DNA of 64,000 nucleotides from Trueperaceae bacterium (GCA_965214405.1 OZ243956.1:4288001-4352000); one strand, 5' to 3'; shown: positions 10,593 through 23,941, counted from the first letter of the stretch. Translations and numbers: made by a program. The notes: generated by a model from the letters alone, not told the origin.

Positions 10593-11615
10593 TTAAAAAG
10601 CCCCTGTCAGCTCGAGCCCAACCCCCACCGTCACGGCGGCCTCGCTAAAACCCGCGTTGAGGCTTAAAACGGAAGAGACGTCGCCGTCCACTACATTCAC
10701 GCTCGCGCCGAGCACGCCCAAGACCCCGCTCTCCGGCAGGCCTGCGCCCGCTTGAAAAATCCAGGTTGCGTCGTCCTGCGGCACCTGAAGCTGCCCGGTG
10801 AGTTGTGGGTAAGACCTGGTGGATACAAACGAAGGGAAGACGCCGCCCTCGAGCGTCCATAATGAATCGCCAAAGTAACCCGTGGCGCCCAGAAGCGCCC
10901 GCGCGCTCGTGTCGCCAGAATTTAGGAGTAGCCAGCCCTCGCCGTAGACGACGGTAGCGCCCAACAGCCCGCTGCCGCCCAGCCCAAAGGTGAGACCGTC
11001 ACGGTGGACGCCCCCGTAGACGATGTGGCCCTCGAGTTCAAAGCCGCCAAAGTAACGTTTCACGCTCCCCGCGCCGCTTACGCTGCGGGAGTCCCTGTCG
11101 TAAAAGCCCGCCAGCCGCACGCGGGTGTCTTTCGGATACCACGTGATGCGCGCGCCCGGTAAGCCCTCAAATGAGCCCTTGGGCTCGTCGGCGGTGCCAG
11201 GGTCCTGGACTTCGGAGAGGCTGTAAGGGACGCTCAAGCGCGCAGTTTCTAGGGGCAGACGCTCTAACCCTGCGCTCACGTCCACCGGACCCAGTTTGTA
11301 ACGCGCGTAGAGTTCTGTAAGCTCGAGCCGAACAGCACCCTCGCCCGTGTCGCTCAGGACGGCTTCCGGGTCGAGCACCAAGAAGGTGCCGAAATCGTTT
11401 AGTACGTATTCGGCCTCGAGGTGGAGGTCTAGGCCCACCTCAAAGCTCGATACACCCGTCCGCTCGAATTCGCCCGTGGAGGTGGGCACACGAAGATTGT
11501 TGTAGCCGGTGTTAGCGCCCAGCGTTAAATCTCCGCGGTAAGCGAACTGTGCAAAGGCGTTCCCGAAGAAGATGAAGGAAGCCAGTATCACCATCAGTTT
11601 AGAAAACATAGACAT
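10593..11615 (-). CDS. Hypothetical exported protein, probable outer-membrane beta-barrel
   Basis: Signal peptide (AFA-Q), alternating Gly/hydrophobic strands, C-terminal Phe; last gene of the ABC operon. Confidence 0.6.
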   Translation of the reverse strand: MSMFSKLMVILASFIFFGNAFAQFAYRGDLTLGANTGYNNLRVPTSTGEFERTGVSSFEVGLDLHLEAEYVLNDFGTFLVLDPEAVLSDTGEGAVRLELTELYARYKLGPVDVSAGLERLPLETARLSVPYSLSEVQDPGTADEPKGSFEGLPGARITWYPKDTRVRLAGFYDRDSRSVSGAGSVKRYFGGFELEGHIVYGGVHRDGLTFGLGGSGLLGATVVYGEGWLLLNSGDTSARALLGATGYFGDSLWTLEGGVFPSFVSTRSYPQLTGQLQVPQDDATWIFQAGAGLPESGVLGVLGASVNVVDGDVSSVLSLNAGFSEAAVTVGVGLELTGAF

Positions 11616-11627
11616 CCTCGAGCGCCC

Positions 11628-12380
<753 letters not shown>

Positions 12381-12457
12381 ACGTTTCTCCTTTTTTGTTT
12401 GGATTGATGGAAGAATCGACAAGAGGAGATGACATTTCCTTTTTTCTTAAAGAATCA

Positions 12458-13678
12458 TCAGGCGATGAAGCGCATCGCCTCGACGGGCTCGAGCCGCCCC
12501 GCCGTCCGCGCAGGGAGGAGCGCGGCGAAAATCCCGGTGGCGAGCACAAACAAGACGATGATGACGACGCGCTCTGCGGTAACGCTCGTGTAGAGCACGT
12601 CGGGAAAGTTGGAGGTGCCGAGTAATTCCGCGGCGTCGGGGATGCTAAAGCCCTTGGCGGTTTGGCTCAAGATGAGGCCGCTCACAAGCGCGCCCGCCGC
12701 GGCCCCCACGCCGACCAAGAAAAGGCTTTCAAAAAGCACCATCAGCCCCACCCTGGCGCGGCCCAGCCCGAGCGCCATCATCACGCCGAACTCGCGCACC
12801 CGCTCAATGATGCTCAGATAAATCGTGTTGGTCACGACGAGGCCCGCCAGCACGAAGAAGAGCGCCAAAAACACGATGTTGATGGGTCCCAGGAGGTCCA
12901 GATAGCCCTTGAGCCCCGGATTCACCTCGGCCCAGGTCTCGACGCTGTACGCCCCGCCCAGCGCCCCCGCCACCGCCGCTTTAACGGCGGGCAGCCGCGC
13001 GTCGTCGCCCAGCGTTCGGTAGTCCGGCAGGTGGATTTCGACGCGGCTGAGCGCGTCCGGGGCGGCGAGTTCCTGCGCTGCCTGGAGTGAAATGTAACCG
13101 ACGCTCTGCGAGTTGGGCACGTCCAGGAGCCCCGTGACGGTATAGGCCGCCGCGCCGTAACCTTCGGTGTTGGAGGCGTACATATACACGGTGTCGCCGA
13201 CGCCGACTTTGAGCGATTCCGCGAGAGTTCTCCCCAAGGCGACGCTTTCTACGTCACCGTCAGAAGGGAAAGCGCCCTCGAGCAAATACTCATTCACAAA
13301 GCTTTCTCTTAACGCGGCGGGTTGTGCTGTGCCGACGAGTACCACGCCGCGCGAGCGCCCGTCGCCCTCGAGCAGGCCGCCCGCCTCGAGCACCGACACC
13401 AGTTCGGCTCCTTCGGGTAGAACGCTCTGAAGCGTCGTTTGAACCGCCCCCGCGTCTCGCAGGAGCGTGTCGCCAAAGTCCTGCGCGTCTCCGTAGCCCG
13501 CCACCCGCACTTGTAAGTGCCCGCCGACGCTCGTAAGATTTTCGTAGATGCCGTTCTCGATAGCCCCCATCATCCCCGACTGGACCGCCGTAAAGAGCAC
13601 CACGAGCGCCACGGCGAGCGCGGTAAAGAAGCTCCGCCCGCGTTTGCGGAGGATGTTGCGCCAGGCAAGCTTAATCAT
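12458..13678 (-). CDS. ABC transporter permease (FtsX/LolE-like)
   Basis: KLAWRNI.R..R, ER.REFG.M.ALG, P..A.RLEPVEAMR. Confidence 0.9.
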   Translation of the reverse strand: MIKLAWRNILRKRGRSFFTALAVALVVLFTAVQSGMMGAIENGIYENLTSVGGHLQVRVAGYGDAQDFGDTLLRDAGAVQTTLQSVLPEGAELVSVLEAGGLLEGDGRSRGVVLVGTAQPAALRESFVNEYLLEGAFPSDGDVESVALGRTLAESLKVGVGDTVYMYASNTEGYGAAAYTVTGLLDVPNSQSVGYISLQAAQELAAPDALSRVEIHLPDYRTLGDDARLPAVKAAVAGALGGAYSVETWAEVNPGLKGYLDLLGPINIVFLALFFVLAGLVVTNTIYLSIIERVREFGVMMALGLGRARVGLMVLFESLFLVGVGAAAGALVSGLILSQTAKGFSIPDAAELLGTSNFPDVLYTSVTAERVVIIVLFVLATGIFAALLPARTAGRLEPVEAMRFIA

Positions 13679-13708
13679 GGTGCGCCTCCCATTTACCTGT
13701 AGTTCTCA

Positions 13709-14446
13709 CTACGAACAACCCCGCTCGAGCGCGCTCTGCTCGAAACATGCTTGATTGACCGCGACGCCGAATTCCAAATCCTGAAAATCAATCACCGTTC
13801 TTTCGCCCTCAGCCGTCAAGTTCTTGATCTCTAAGTGACTCGGAAAGTCAACGTCGTCCACCTCCACATAGTTCGAAAAGCTCAGCTCACGAACCGGGTT
13901 GCCGCGCTGGTCGTAGTAGGTGTAGGTCACGGGCCGGTAGCCGTTGGCCTCGTCCGCGACGAGGACCACCTTGCCGTAAGGCGTGGGCGCGAGGGGGTCG
14001 GGCGTGAGCGTCAGTTCAACCGTGCCCGCCTCCTGCGCGCTCACCTCGGCGGTGTAGTTTTCCGTTAAATCGTCGCCGCCCAGGTCGCTGTAGGAGAGGT
14101 CGGAGCCCAAGAATGAGTCATTCTGGTTGCTCGGCGGCAGCCGCAACACGCGCTTCAAACGCGGGTTGTAGAGGTACAAATTGTCCCCGTCTTGCAAAAA
14201 CGCCTGCCCCGCCTCCCTTGAAGGCGCAATCACCTGCGTGAGCGAACGCGCGTCACCATCCGACACGCTTCTGATTTGATACGAGGTTGTCTTGTCGGGC
14301 CGCACCACCTCCATTGTCATCACCGACGAATTACTCTGCCCCCCGCGCTGCGAGTTGAGAACCTTCTCGAGCACCGCCTCCGCGCTCTCCTGCGCCATCC
14401 CAAAACCAAGAGCCAAAAAGATAAGCACCAAAACCGTACGTTTCAT
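13709..14446 (-). CDS. LolA-like outer-membrane lipoprotein-sorting protein
   Basis: Signal peptide; P.REAG.AFL, YLY.P.LKRV.R, FLGSDLSY.DL signature. Confidence 0.85.
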   Translation of the reverse strand: MKRTVLVLIFLALGFGMAQESAEAVLEKVLNSQRGGQSNSSVMTMEVVRPDKTTSYQIRSVSDGDARSLTQVIAPSREAGQAFLQDGDNLYLYNPRLKRVLRLPPSNQNDSFLGSDLSYSDLGGDDLTENYTAEVSAQEAGTVELTLTPDPLAPTPYGKVVLVADEANGYRPVTYTYYDQRGNPVRELSFSNYVEVDDVDFPSHLEIKNLTAEGERTVIDFQDLEFGVAVNQACFEQSALERGCS

Positions 14447-14497
14447 CAAAATCTCCTTTGTATGTTCAAAAACTCATCATTCACCACTAGCCACTCG

Positions 14498-15715
14498 TCA
14501 CTCCGCCCGCATCGCCTCCACCACATTCATCGTCAAAACTTTCCGCGCGGGCACGATGACCGCGAAAAGGGCGGCGAACGCCACCGTCGCGGCGGCGTAG
14601 AGGGCGAAGACGGGGCTCGAGCTTGTGTAAAGTTCGCTCCCCAACCCGAAGTCGGCAAAGCCGCCCGCGGCGCTTGAAAAGAGCGGCCCCAAAATGTTCC
14701 AGGTGCCCAGCACCAGCGTGACCGCGTAGCCGATGACGAGACCCACGAGCCAGCCCGCCACGCTTGTTATCACTGCCTCGGCCACGACCATGAGCGCGAG
14801 ACGCCGCGGGAACACGCCGATGGCCCCCATCATGCCGAACTCGCGCGAACGCTCCAAGACGCTCACCAGCACCGTGCTGGTCACCGCGAGCGCCGCGAAA
14901 AGGCCGAAAAGGAGGGCGATGAGGACGATGGACGAGGTGTTGTTCGCCTGCTCCGCGAGCGGCCCCAAAAGTTCGGTGAGGCCGTAGACGTGGATGCCCG
15001 GCACATCTTGAAGCGCCGTAGCGACGCGCGCGGCCACCGCGTCCTCCTGCCCTCTGGCGACGGCGAGCGCCACGCCCGTGGCGGTCTCGACGCCGGTGAG
15101 CGTGCGGGCGTCGTCCAGAGAAATCATGACCAGGCCGTCGTCCACCGCGGGCACATCGCTATCCACCGTGCCCACCAAAATGAACCCCAGCGCCTGCGGC
15201 CCGGCGAGCGAGGACGCCTCGACGGCGACGCGTTCGCCTAAACGTACGTCAAGCTCGCGCGCCAACCCTGCGCCCATCACGACTTCGTTGGGGCCGTTAA
15301 GCATCCTTCCCTCGGTAATTTTGCTCGGCGCGCTGCTTACCAGGGGCTCGAGCCTCCCCTCCACCCCGCGCACCTGCCCGTTATAAGAGCGATAGGCGGA
15401 CTTCACCACGCCGTAGAACTCGAGCCGCGGCGCGGCCCCCGCCACCCCTCGCACGCCTTCCGCACGGGGCACGAAGTCAAGATTCGGCAGCGCGTTTTCC
15501 GGGTCGGGGTCGCTAAGGTAGCCGGGCGTGGCGATGATGGCGGGCGCTCTCAAGTAGCGCGCCTGATTGCTCAGCAGCGACTGCGTCTGCCCGCGGTTAA
15601 AGCCCCAGATAAAAATCGTCGCCGCCACCGCGTAGGCCACCACCAGCACGAGCAGCAGCGTCCGCCGCCGCTGCCGCCAGACGTTACGCCAGGCGAGCTT
15701 AAAGGTTGTGCCCAC
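14498..15715 (-). CDS. ABC transporter permease (FtsX/LolC-like)
   Basis: KLAWRNVWRQRRRT, ERSREFG..GAIG; GTG start 15715 with SD AAGGAG. Confidence 0.88.
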   Translation of the reverse strand: MGTTFKLAWRNVWRQRRRTLLLVLVVAYAVAATIFIWGFNRGQTQSLLSNQARYLRAPAIIATPGYLSDPDPENALPNLDFVPRAEGVRGVAGAAPRLEFYGVVKSAYRSYNGQVRGVEGRLEPLVSSAPSKITEGRMLNGPNEVVMGAGLARELDVRLGERVAVEASSLAGPQALGFILVGTVDSDVPAVDDGLVMISLDDARTLTGVETATGVALAVARGQEDAVAARVATALQDVPGIHVYGLTELLGPLAEQANNTSSIVLIALLFGLFAALAVTSTVLVSVLERSREFGMMGAIGVFPRRLALMVVAEAVITSVAGWLVGLVIGYAVTLVLGTWNILGPLFSSAAGGFADFGLGSELYTSSSPVFALYAAATVAFAALFAVIVPARKVLTMNVVEAMRAE

Positions 15716-15835
15716 GCGGTCTCCTTTTAAGTGTGAATGGGGACGTATGGTTTGGGTTGGACATGGGACCTCCTCGAGGTGTGAAAAGTCGAAGGGCAAA
15801 CCCTTTGCTTGCCTACCCGAGTCTCCTCGCTGCGG

Positions 15836-15874
15836 GTAAAGTCGCCGTGTGGGGTTCGTAAAGGTTTGGTAAAG
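15836..15874. promoter_or_regulatory. Candidate response-regulator direct repeats upstream of the ABC operon
   Basis: GTAAAG at 15836, 15858 and 15869 (22- and 11-bp spacing), between the divergent operon and the OmpR-family regulator gene. Confidence 0.45.
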
Positions 15875-16085
15875 ACGAATTTGAGGGGGTAAATGAGCCG
15901 AGAAGCGTCCCCATCGTCCATACAAAGTTTCGTGGAATCGAAGTGAAGCCACACCAAATCTTTACGCTCGAGCCCTAACCTAGCCAAGACTGGGTTGAGC
16001 GTCCCTGCTGGAAACGTTGCTGAACTCTGGCGGGAGAGGGTGCTCGAGCGTTTTGAAAGTAAGTTGGACGTGAGGAGGTAAACTG

Positions 16086-16763
16086 GTGGTCGTGGCTCTT
16101 ATTTTGGTGGTGGAGGACGAGCGGGAGTTGGCGGAGACGCTCGAGCTTTACCTGCGCTCCCACCACTACCGCACCGAGCGCGCCCATGACGGCGAGGGCG
16201 CGCTCGCGCTCTTTCGCGCCGCTAAACCCGACCTGGTGCTTCTGGACGTGATGCTGCCCAAAAAGGACGGGCTTGAAGTCCTGCGCGCCATCCGCGCGGC
16301 GGGCCGCACGCCCGTCATCATGCTCACCGCGCGGGCGGAGGAGGTGGATAAGCTCGTCGGTTTGGGCCTTGGCGCGGACGACTACGTGGTCAAGCCCTAC
16401 AGCCTGCGCGAGGTGGAGGCGCGCGTCCAGGCGGTGCTGCGCCGGAGTGCCGATGCGCCCGAAGCGCGGCCTCTGCGCGTCGGCGCGTTGGAACTCGACC
16501 CCTACAGCGTGCGCGCGCGCGTGAACGGCCACCTCCTGCCCCTCACCCCCACCGAGTTCGGGCTGCTCCACCACCTCGCCAAAACGCCGGGGCGGGCGGT
16601 GACGCGGGGCGAACTCCTGGGGGCCGCCATGCGAGAGAGCGACGCCTTGGAGAGCGCCGTCAACGTCCACCTCAAGAACGTGCGCGCGAAGCTCCGCGAG
16701 GCGGGGGCGGCGGACTTGCTCGAGACCGTCCGCGGCGTGGGCTACCGCTTGGCCGAGCGTTAA
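16086..16763 (+). CDS. OmpR-family response regulator (BaeR-like)
   Basis: ILVVEDE, LLDVMLP, GADDYVVKP, winged helix ETVRGVGY. Confidence 0.93.
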   Translation: MVVALILVVEDERELAETLELYLRSHHYRTERAHDGEGALALFRAAKPDLVLLDVMLPKKDGLEVLRAIRAAGRTPVIMLTARAEEVDKLVGLGLGADDYVVKPYSLREVEARVQAVLRRSADAPEARPLRVGALELDPYSVRARVNGHLLPLTPTEFGLLHHLAKTPGRAVTRGELLGAAMRESDALESAVNVHLKNVRAKLREAGAADLLETVRGVGYRLAER

Positions 16764-16767
16764 AAAA

Positions 16768-17922
16768 GTGAAATCCGCGTCTCCCGTCCCCTTCCGTGAC
16801 CGTCTGGTCGTGCGCCTGACGCTCGTCATCGTCGGGGTGGCGGCGCTCTCGCTCTTGCTTACTTTTGCGCTCAACCTGCTTTTTTTCTCGCTCGAGGCCC
16901 GCTCGCTCTCGCCCGAACTGCGCGAGGTAATCGAAAGGTCTCTGGGTGAAGACCAGCGCGGCGAGACCGAGGCTGTGCTCTACAGCCTGGCCGCCGCGTT
17001 CCGAAACACCCAGGTGCGCTCGACGTTCGTCAGCATTGTGCTGTCGGGCGCGCTCTGGGTGCTGCTCGCGGTGCTCGTCGCGCGCGCCGTCGCCCGGCCC
17101 GTCGAGGCGGTGACTTTCGCGGCGGCGCGCATCTCGAGCGGGGATTTGCAGGCCCGCGTGAGCGCGTCCGAACGCTCAGTGGGGGAGATGGCGCTCCTGG
17201 TGACGCACTTTAATGAGATGGCCGCCGCGCTCGAGACTTACGAGCGCGAACGCACCGAGATGATCGCCGCCATTGCACACGAACTGAGGACGCCGCTGGC
17301 GGTGATGGGGGCGCGGCTCGAGGTCCTTGCCGACGGCTTAGTGGACTTTTCGCCCGAGGAGGTGGAACGCTTGAGGCGACAGGTCGCGCTCATCACCCGC
17401 CTCGTGGGAGACCTCCGCACGCTCTCGCTGGCCGACGCGGGCAAGCTTTCACTCCACAAAAGGGACACAGATTTGCTCGAGCTTGTCCGCACTGTTGTGG
17501 CTTCCCTCGAGCCGCGCGCCGCGGCGCGCGGGGTGGCGCTCGAGGTGAGTGGCGCGTCCGTGCGGGCGTTCGTGGACCCTGACCGGATGGCGCAGGTGCT
17601 TTACAACCTGCTCGACAACGCGCTTAGGCACACGCCGCCGGGTGGGCGGGTGGTGGTGGGGCTCGAGGGCGTGGCGGGACGCGCCCGCCTCAGCGTTCGG
17701 GACACGGGACCGGGGTTTGAGGGTGCGCCGGAGAGGCTGTTTGAGCGTTTTTACACGACGGCGGACACAGGGGAATCGTCCGTACCAAAAGCGGGCGGCA
17801 CAGGGCTTGGGCTCGCGCTCGTCAAGACGCTCGCCGAACGCCACGGCGGACGGGTTACGGCGCGTCGGGGTGGGGCAGAGGGAGCCGTCTTTGAGGTAGA
17901 GGTGCCTGTGCGGGAGGTGTAA
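16768..17922 (+). CDS. HAMP sensor histidine kinase (BaeS-like)
   Basis: 2 TM, HAMP, AHELRTPL, NLLDNA, DTGPG, GTGLGL. Confidence 0.93.
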   Translation: MKSASPVPFRDRLVVRLTLVIVGVAALSLLLTFALNLLFFSLEARSLSPELREVIERSLGEDQRGETEAVLYSLAAAFRNTQVRSTFVSIVLSGALWVLLAVLVARAVARPVEAVTFAAARISSGDLQARVSASERSVGEMALLVTHFNEMAAALETYERERTEMIAAIAHELRTPLAVMGARLEVLADGLVDFSPEEVERLRRQVALITRLVGDLRTLSLADAGKLSLHKRDTDLLELVRTVVASLEPRAAARGVALEVSGASVRAFVDPDRMAQVLYNLLDNALRHTPPGGRVVVGLEGVAGRARLSVRDTGPGFEGAPERLFERFYTTADTGESSVPKAGGTGLGLALVKTLAERHGGRVTARRGGAEGAVFEVEVPVREV

Positions 17923-18006
17923 AGATGGACGTAGAGGCAGTTTACCCAATGAAGATCCATCTAGCCGTCCGTCGTTCTGATGAGTCGCAAATAAGAGCGC
18001 AAAAAA

Positions 18007-18036
18007 TTTGACAATAACCGACTCAAGTTTCATAAT
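18007..18036 (+). promoter_or_regulatory. clpB sigma70 promoter overlapped by a HAIR (HspR) operator
   Basis: TTGACA(18008)-N17-CATAAT(18031); TTTGACA-N7-ACTCAAG resembles HAIR consensus CTTGAGT-N7-ACTCAAG. Confidence 0.75.
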
Positions 18037-18045
18037 AGAGAGACT

Positions 18046-20625
<2,580 letters not shown>

Positions 20626-20656
20626 ACGCGCAGGATCGCGAAAAGACAGTCACACA

Positions 20657-20690
20657 AAAGAGGACTGGGCACTTCCATCCGGTCCTCTTT
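20657..20690 (+). terminator. clpB terminator
   Basis: AAAGAGGAC...GTCCTCTTT inverted repeat. Confidence 0.7.
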
Positions 20691-20753
20691 CGCTATGTTG
20701 AGGCAGGTTAAACTGTGATGGTTTGTCTAGGCTCGAGCCCAAAGGAGACCCTC

Positions 20754-22247
20754 ATGCAAAAATTACCGACCCCCAACCCTACAGATACAAAAGTGGGTAC
20801 AACACCTCGAACCACCATCACCGTTGCCCAAGGCGACGGCATCGGCCCGGAGATTACCGAGGCGACCCTGCGCGTGTTGGAAGCGGCCCAAGCCCCTGTG
20901 AGCTTTGACAAGGTCGAAATCGGCAAGCAGGCTTACGAGCGGGGCGTCACCTCGGGGATACCGGCGGAAGCCTGGGACGCGATCCGCCGCAACCGTGTGC
21001 TGTTAAAGGGACCCATCACCACGCCGCAGGGGGGCGGCTACAAGAGCCTCAACGTGACGTTGCGCAAAACGCTCAACTTGTTCGCCAACGTGCGTCAAAC
21101 CAAAGCCTACACGCCCTTTGTCGCCTCCATGCACCCCGACATGAACGTGGTCATCATCCGCGAGAACGAAGAAGATTTGTACGCGGGCATCGAGCACCAG
21201 CAGACCGCCGAGGTCACGCAGGTCCTCAAGCTCATTACCCGCCCCGGCAGCGAGCGCATCGTCCGCTACGCCTTTGAGTACGCGCGCGCCTACGGGCGGC
21301 GCAAGGTCACCTGCATGACCAAAGACAACATCATGAAGTTGACCGACGGACTCTTTCACCGGGTGTTCCGCGAGGTGGCGGCGGATTATCCCGACATCAC
21401 CGCCGAGCACCAGATTATCGACATCGGCGCGGCGCGTCTCGCGGTCTCGCCGGAGGCGTTCGACGTGATCGTCACGCTCAACCTTTATGGCGATATCCTT
21501 TCGGACATCACCGCGCAGCTCGCGGGCTCGGTGGGGCTGGCGGGCTCGGCCAACATCGGCAGCGAGGCGGCGATGTTCGAGGCCATCCACGGCAGCGCGC
21601 CCGACATCGCGGGTCAGGGAATCGCCAATCCGTCGGGCTTACTCGTCGCGGCCACGCAGATGCTCGTCCACGTCGGCGAGGCCGACACCGCCACGCGCAT
21701 CAAAAACGCCTGGCTCAGGACCTTAGAGGACGGGATTCATACCGGCGACATCTATCACTCGAGCGTGAGCCAGCACAAAGTCGGCACCGAGGCGTTCGCC
21801 GACGCGGTGATCGAGCGCTTGGGTGAAGCGCCGCGCACGCTCGAGCCCGTCCACTACCAGCCGGGCGGCGTCCAGGTCGCGCTCAAGCCGCGAGCGCGGG
21901 AGGAAAAAGCCCTGGTCGGCGTGGACGTCTTTTTGGACTGGTCCGAGGCCGAAAGGCAGCCCGAGGTGTTGGGGGAGCGGCTCGAGCGCGTTGCCGATGA
22001 CGTCAACTGGCAGCTCGTCATGATCACCAACCGCGGCGTCAAGGTCTACCCCGAGGGCCTGCCCGAGACCTTTTGCACCGACCACTGGCGCTGCCGCTTT
22101 ACGCCCCAGTCAGCCCAGACGACCTCGTTTGCGCGCGTGCTCGAGCTGCTCGGCGCGCTCGACCAGGGCGGTTTAGAAGTTATCAAAACCGAACATCTGT
22201 ATACCTTTGACGGCGAACCTGCCTTTTCACTCGGTCAGGGGCAGTAG
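20754..22247 (+). CDS. icd: NADP-dependent isocitrate dehydrogenase (Thermus-type with C-terminal extension)
   Basis: GDGIGPEI, KSLNVTLRK, NLYGDILSD, EAIHGSAPDIAG, FSLGQGQ; ATG 20754 with SD AAGGAG. Confidence 0.95.
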   Translation: MQKLPTPNPTDTKVGTTPRTTITVAQGDGIGPEITEATLRVLEAAQAPVSFDKVEIGKQAYERGVTSGIPAEAWDAIRRNRVLLKGPITTPQGGGYKSLNVTLRKTLNLFANVRQTKAYTPFVASMHPDMNVVIIRENEEDLYAGIEHQQTAEVTQVLKLITRPGSERIVRYAFEYARAYGRRKVTCMTKDNIMKLTDGLFHRVFREVAADYPDITAEHQIIDIGAARLAVSPEAFDVIVTLNLYGDILSDITAQLAGSVGLAGSANIGSEAAMFEAIHGSAPDIAGQGIANPSGLLVAATQMLVHVGEADTATRIKNAWLRTLEDGIHTGDIYHSSVSQHKVGTEAFADAVIERLGEAPRTLEPVHYQPGGVQVALKPRAREEKALVGVDVFLDWSEAERQPEVLGERLERVADDVNWQLVMITNRGVKVYPEGLPETFCTDHWRCRFTPQSAQTTSFARVLELLGALDQGGLEVIKTEHLYTFDGEPAFSLGQGQ

Positions 22248-22322
22248 TTAGAGATAGTAGCGCGCCTGACATCCGTCTGGACATCTGGCTGCGGGCGCGT
22301 TTTCTCAAACATGCGGGTCTAA

Positions 22323-22535
22323 GCTGAGAGCGACGCCCCGCCCGACTACCAGGATTTTCTCTACGTGGCTGTGACCGTCGGCGTGACCTTTGGCGTGTCG
22401 GACTCGGACCTGACCTCGCACGAGATGCGCCGCGCCGTGACCAAGCACTCGCTTCTGTCGTTTCTGTGCGGCACGGTGATTATTGCGCTCTCGCTCAACG
22501 TGATTACGGGGTTGTTGCCACCTAAGTCTGGGTAG
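22323..22535 (+). pseudogene. DUF1345 family membrane protein, 3' fragment
   Basis: PDYQDFLYVAVTVGVTFGVSDSDLTSHEMRRAVTKHSLLSF..; in-frame TAA at 22320 upstream, N-terminal part missing. Confidence 0.75.
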
Positions 22536-22586
22536 CGCGTTTTCCGTGAGGGTGGGTCAGGCGGCGTGGCTTGTTACGTCGTAGCT

Positions 22587-22934
22587 CTAAATGAGCACGT
22601 CGGCGGAGATGCCCAGGCCGGTATGCAACTGGCGAATCATCTCGAGCGTGAGGGGTTGCCTTCGTTCCAGCACCTCCGCGACTTGCGAGGAGCTACCAAG
22701 ATAGGGCGTAAGGCTTTCGCGCGATAAGCCGCGACTCTCCAGATGATACAAAATCGCGGCAACCGGGTCGGGCGCGGGAATGGCGTAATGCCTTTCCTCG
22801 TAAGCCTTAACCAGCGCCGTCAGGACCAGCAGACGGTCTCCTTCTGCCGACTCCAGCTCCGCCTCGAGAAGTATCTCGATTTCTGCGAGCGCCGCTTCGA
22901 GGTCTGCATCAGTGTTAATGGGTCGGATATCCAT
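22587..22934 (-). CDS. higA: HigA-type HTH antitoxin (no adjacent HigB)
   Basis: MDIRPI.TDAD..AAL.EI..., P.PDPV.AI, LTLEMIR.LH..LGISADVLI. Confidence 0.8.
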   Translation of the reverse strand: MDIRPINTDADLEAALAEIEILLEAELESAEGDRLLVLTALVKAYEERHYAIPAPDPVAAILYHLESRGLSRESLTPYLGSSSQVAEVLERRQPLTLEMIRQLHTGLGISADVLI

Positions 22935-22951
22935 ACGTTCTCTTGGCGCTC

Positions 22952-23278
22952 CTATCTATCAGATACACCTGTAAGCCTTTCGGCAATCCACTGGTTGAGA
23001 CTTTTGCCCTCTTTTTTGGACAGGGTGTAAACCTTGCGGTGCAGTTCGGGCGGTAAGCGGAGCATGAGCTTACCGGAAAAGGGCTTGTCGGGCTCTTCAC
23101 CTCTTGACGCGCAAAACTCGAGATAATCGTCCACCGAGTCCCGAAACGCCCCCTCTAATTCGTCCACAGTCTTGCCCTGAAAGGTGACGACATCTCGCAG
23201 GTCAAGGACCTCTCCGTGGAAAACACCCGCTTCATCATTAAACTCAACGTGGCCTGTATAACCTTTGTGGTTTAGCAC
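22952..23278 (-). CDS. hicB: HicB family antitoxin (no intact HicA)
   Basis: KGYTG.VEF..EAGVFHGEV...RDVVTFQG, FSGK..LR.P.ELH, SLNQW; GTG start with SD GAGGAG. Confidence 0.85.
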   Translation of the reverse strand: MLNHKGYTGHVEFNDEAGVFHGEVLDLRDVVTFQGKTVDELEGAFRDSVDDYLEFCASRGEEPDKPFSGKLMLRLPPELHRKVYTLSKKEGKSLNQWIAERLTGVSDR

Positions 23279-23328
23279 CTCAGTTCTCCTCGGGAGCGAA
23301 CCTCGCTTTAACAAGAGAATGCCTTCGC

Positions 23329-23661
23329 TTACGCCAGAGCAAGAAAGGCAACGTCTAAGTCATCGTAAAAGCTTTGTACCACCGTAAAGTTCTCGCGCAA
23401 CAAAACGGCTACCGCGGCGGTGGGCGCGTTCCCAAGGCGCAGCCAAATCACCTTCGGCGGGTGCCCCCGCAGAAAACTCAGTTGGTGAAAATCCGAATCT
23501 TTAGACACAATGACGAACTCGTGTATAGCGGCGTAGTTCCAAATGGTTTCGTCATCGGCTTCGTGTAAACCCAATTCGCGCACGTGGGCCGAGTCGGGAT
23601 AAAGGTCGGCAAGGGAGCGGACTAAGAGGGACGAAAGGTTCTGATCGAAAAGCAGCTTCAA
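23329..23661 (-). CDS. DUF5615 PIN-like toxin
   Basis: KLLFDQNLS, D..IW.YA, IVSKDSDF, PPKVIWLR.GN; TTG start overlaps the DUF433 stop (TTGA). Confidence 0.85.
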   Translation of the reverse strand: MKLLFDQNLSSLLVRSLADLYPDSAHVRELGLHEADDETIWNYAAIHEFVIVSKDSDFHQLSFLRGHPPKVIWLRLGNAPTAAVAVLLRENFTVVQSFYDDLDVAFLALA

Positions 23662-23885
23662 AGAGAGGGCACCGCCAGCAGCTTCCGCTCCCGGTCTGCC
23701 GCGAACGCCAAGCACGCCTGAATGTCTAAGGGCGTGAGTTCGGGGAAGTCCGCCAAGATTTCTTCCTGTGACATGCCCCCTGCTAAATACTCCAAAATAT
23801 CCTGCACGGTAATGCGCATCCCGCGGATGCACGGTTTGCCGCTGCGCTTGCCCGGCTCGAGGGTGATGATGTCGCGGTAGTCCAT
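23658..23885 (-). CDS. DUF433 antitoxin
   Basis: IT..PGKRSGKPCIRGMRITV.DILE.LA.G....EIL.DFP.L...DI.ACL.FAA. Confidence 0.9.
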   Translation of the reverse strand: MDYRDIITLEPGKRSGKPCIRGMRITVQDILEYLAGGMSQEEILADFPELTPLDIQACLAFAADRERKLLAVPSL

Positions 23886-23941
23886 AGTTATGAGGATAGC
23901 CGAGCGGTCACGGGAAAGCAACCGGATGTGTGATGTGCGAG

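Noticed and set aside
15975..16874. Long antisense and alternative-frame ORFs (also 8037-8753, 18120-18980, 26629-27336, 46034-47047)
   Set aside because: Shadow ORFs expected at high GC3; no protein motifs
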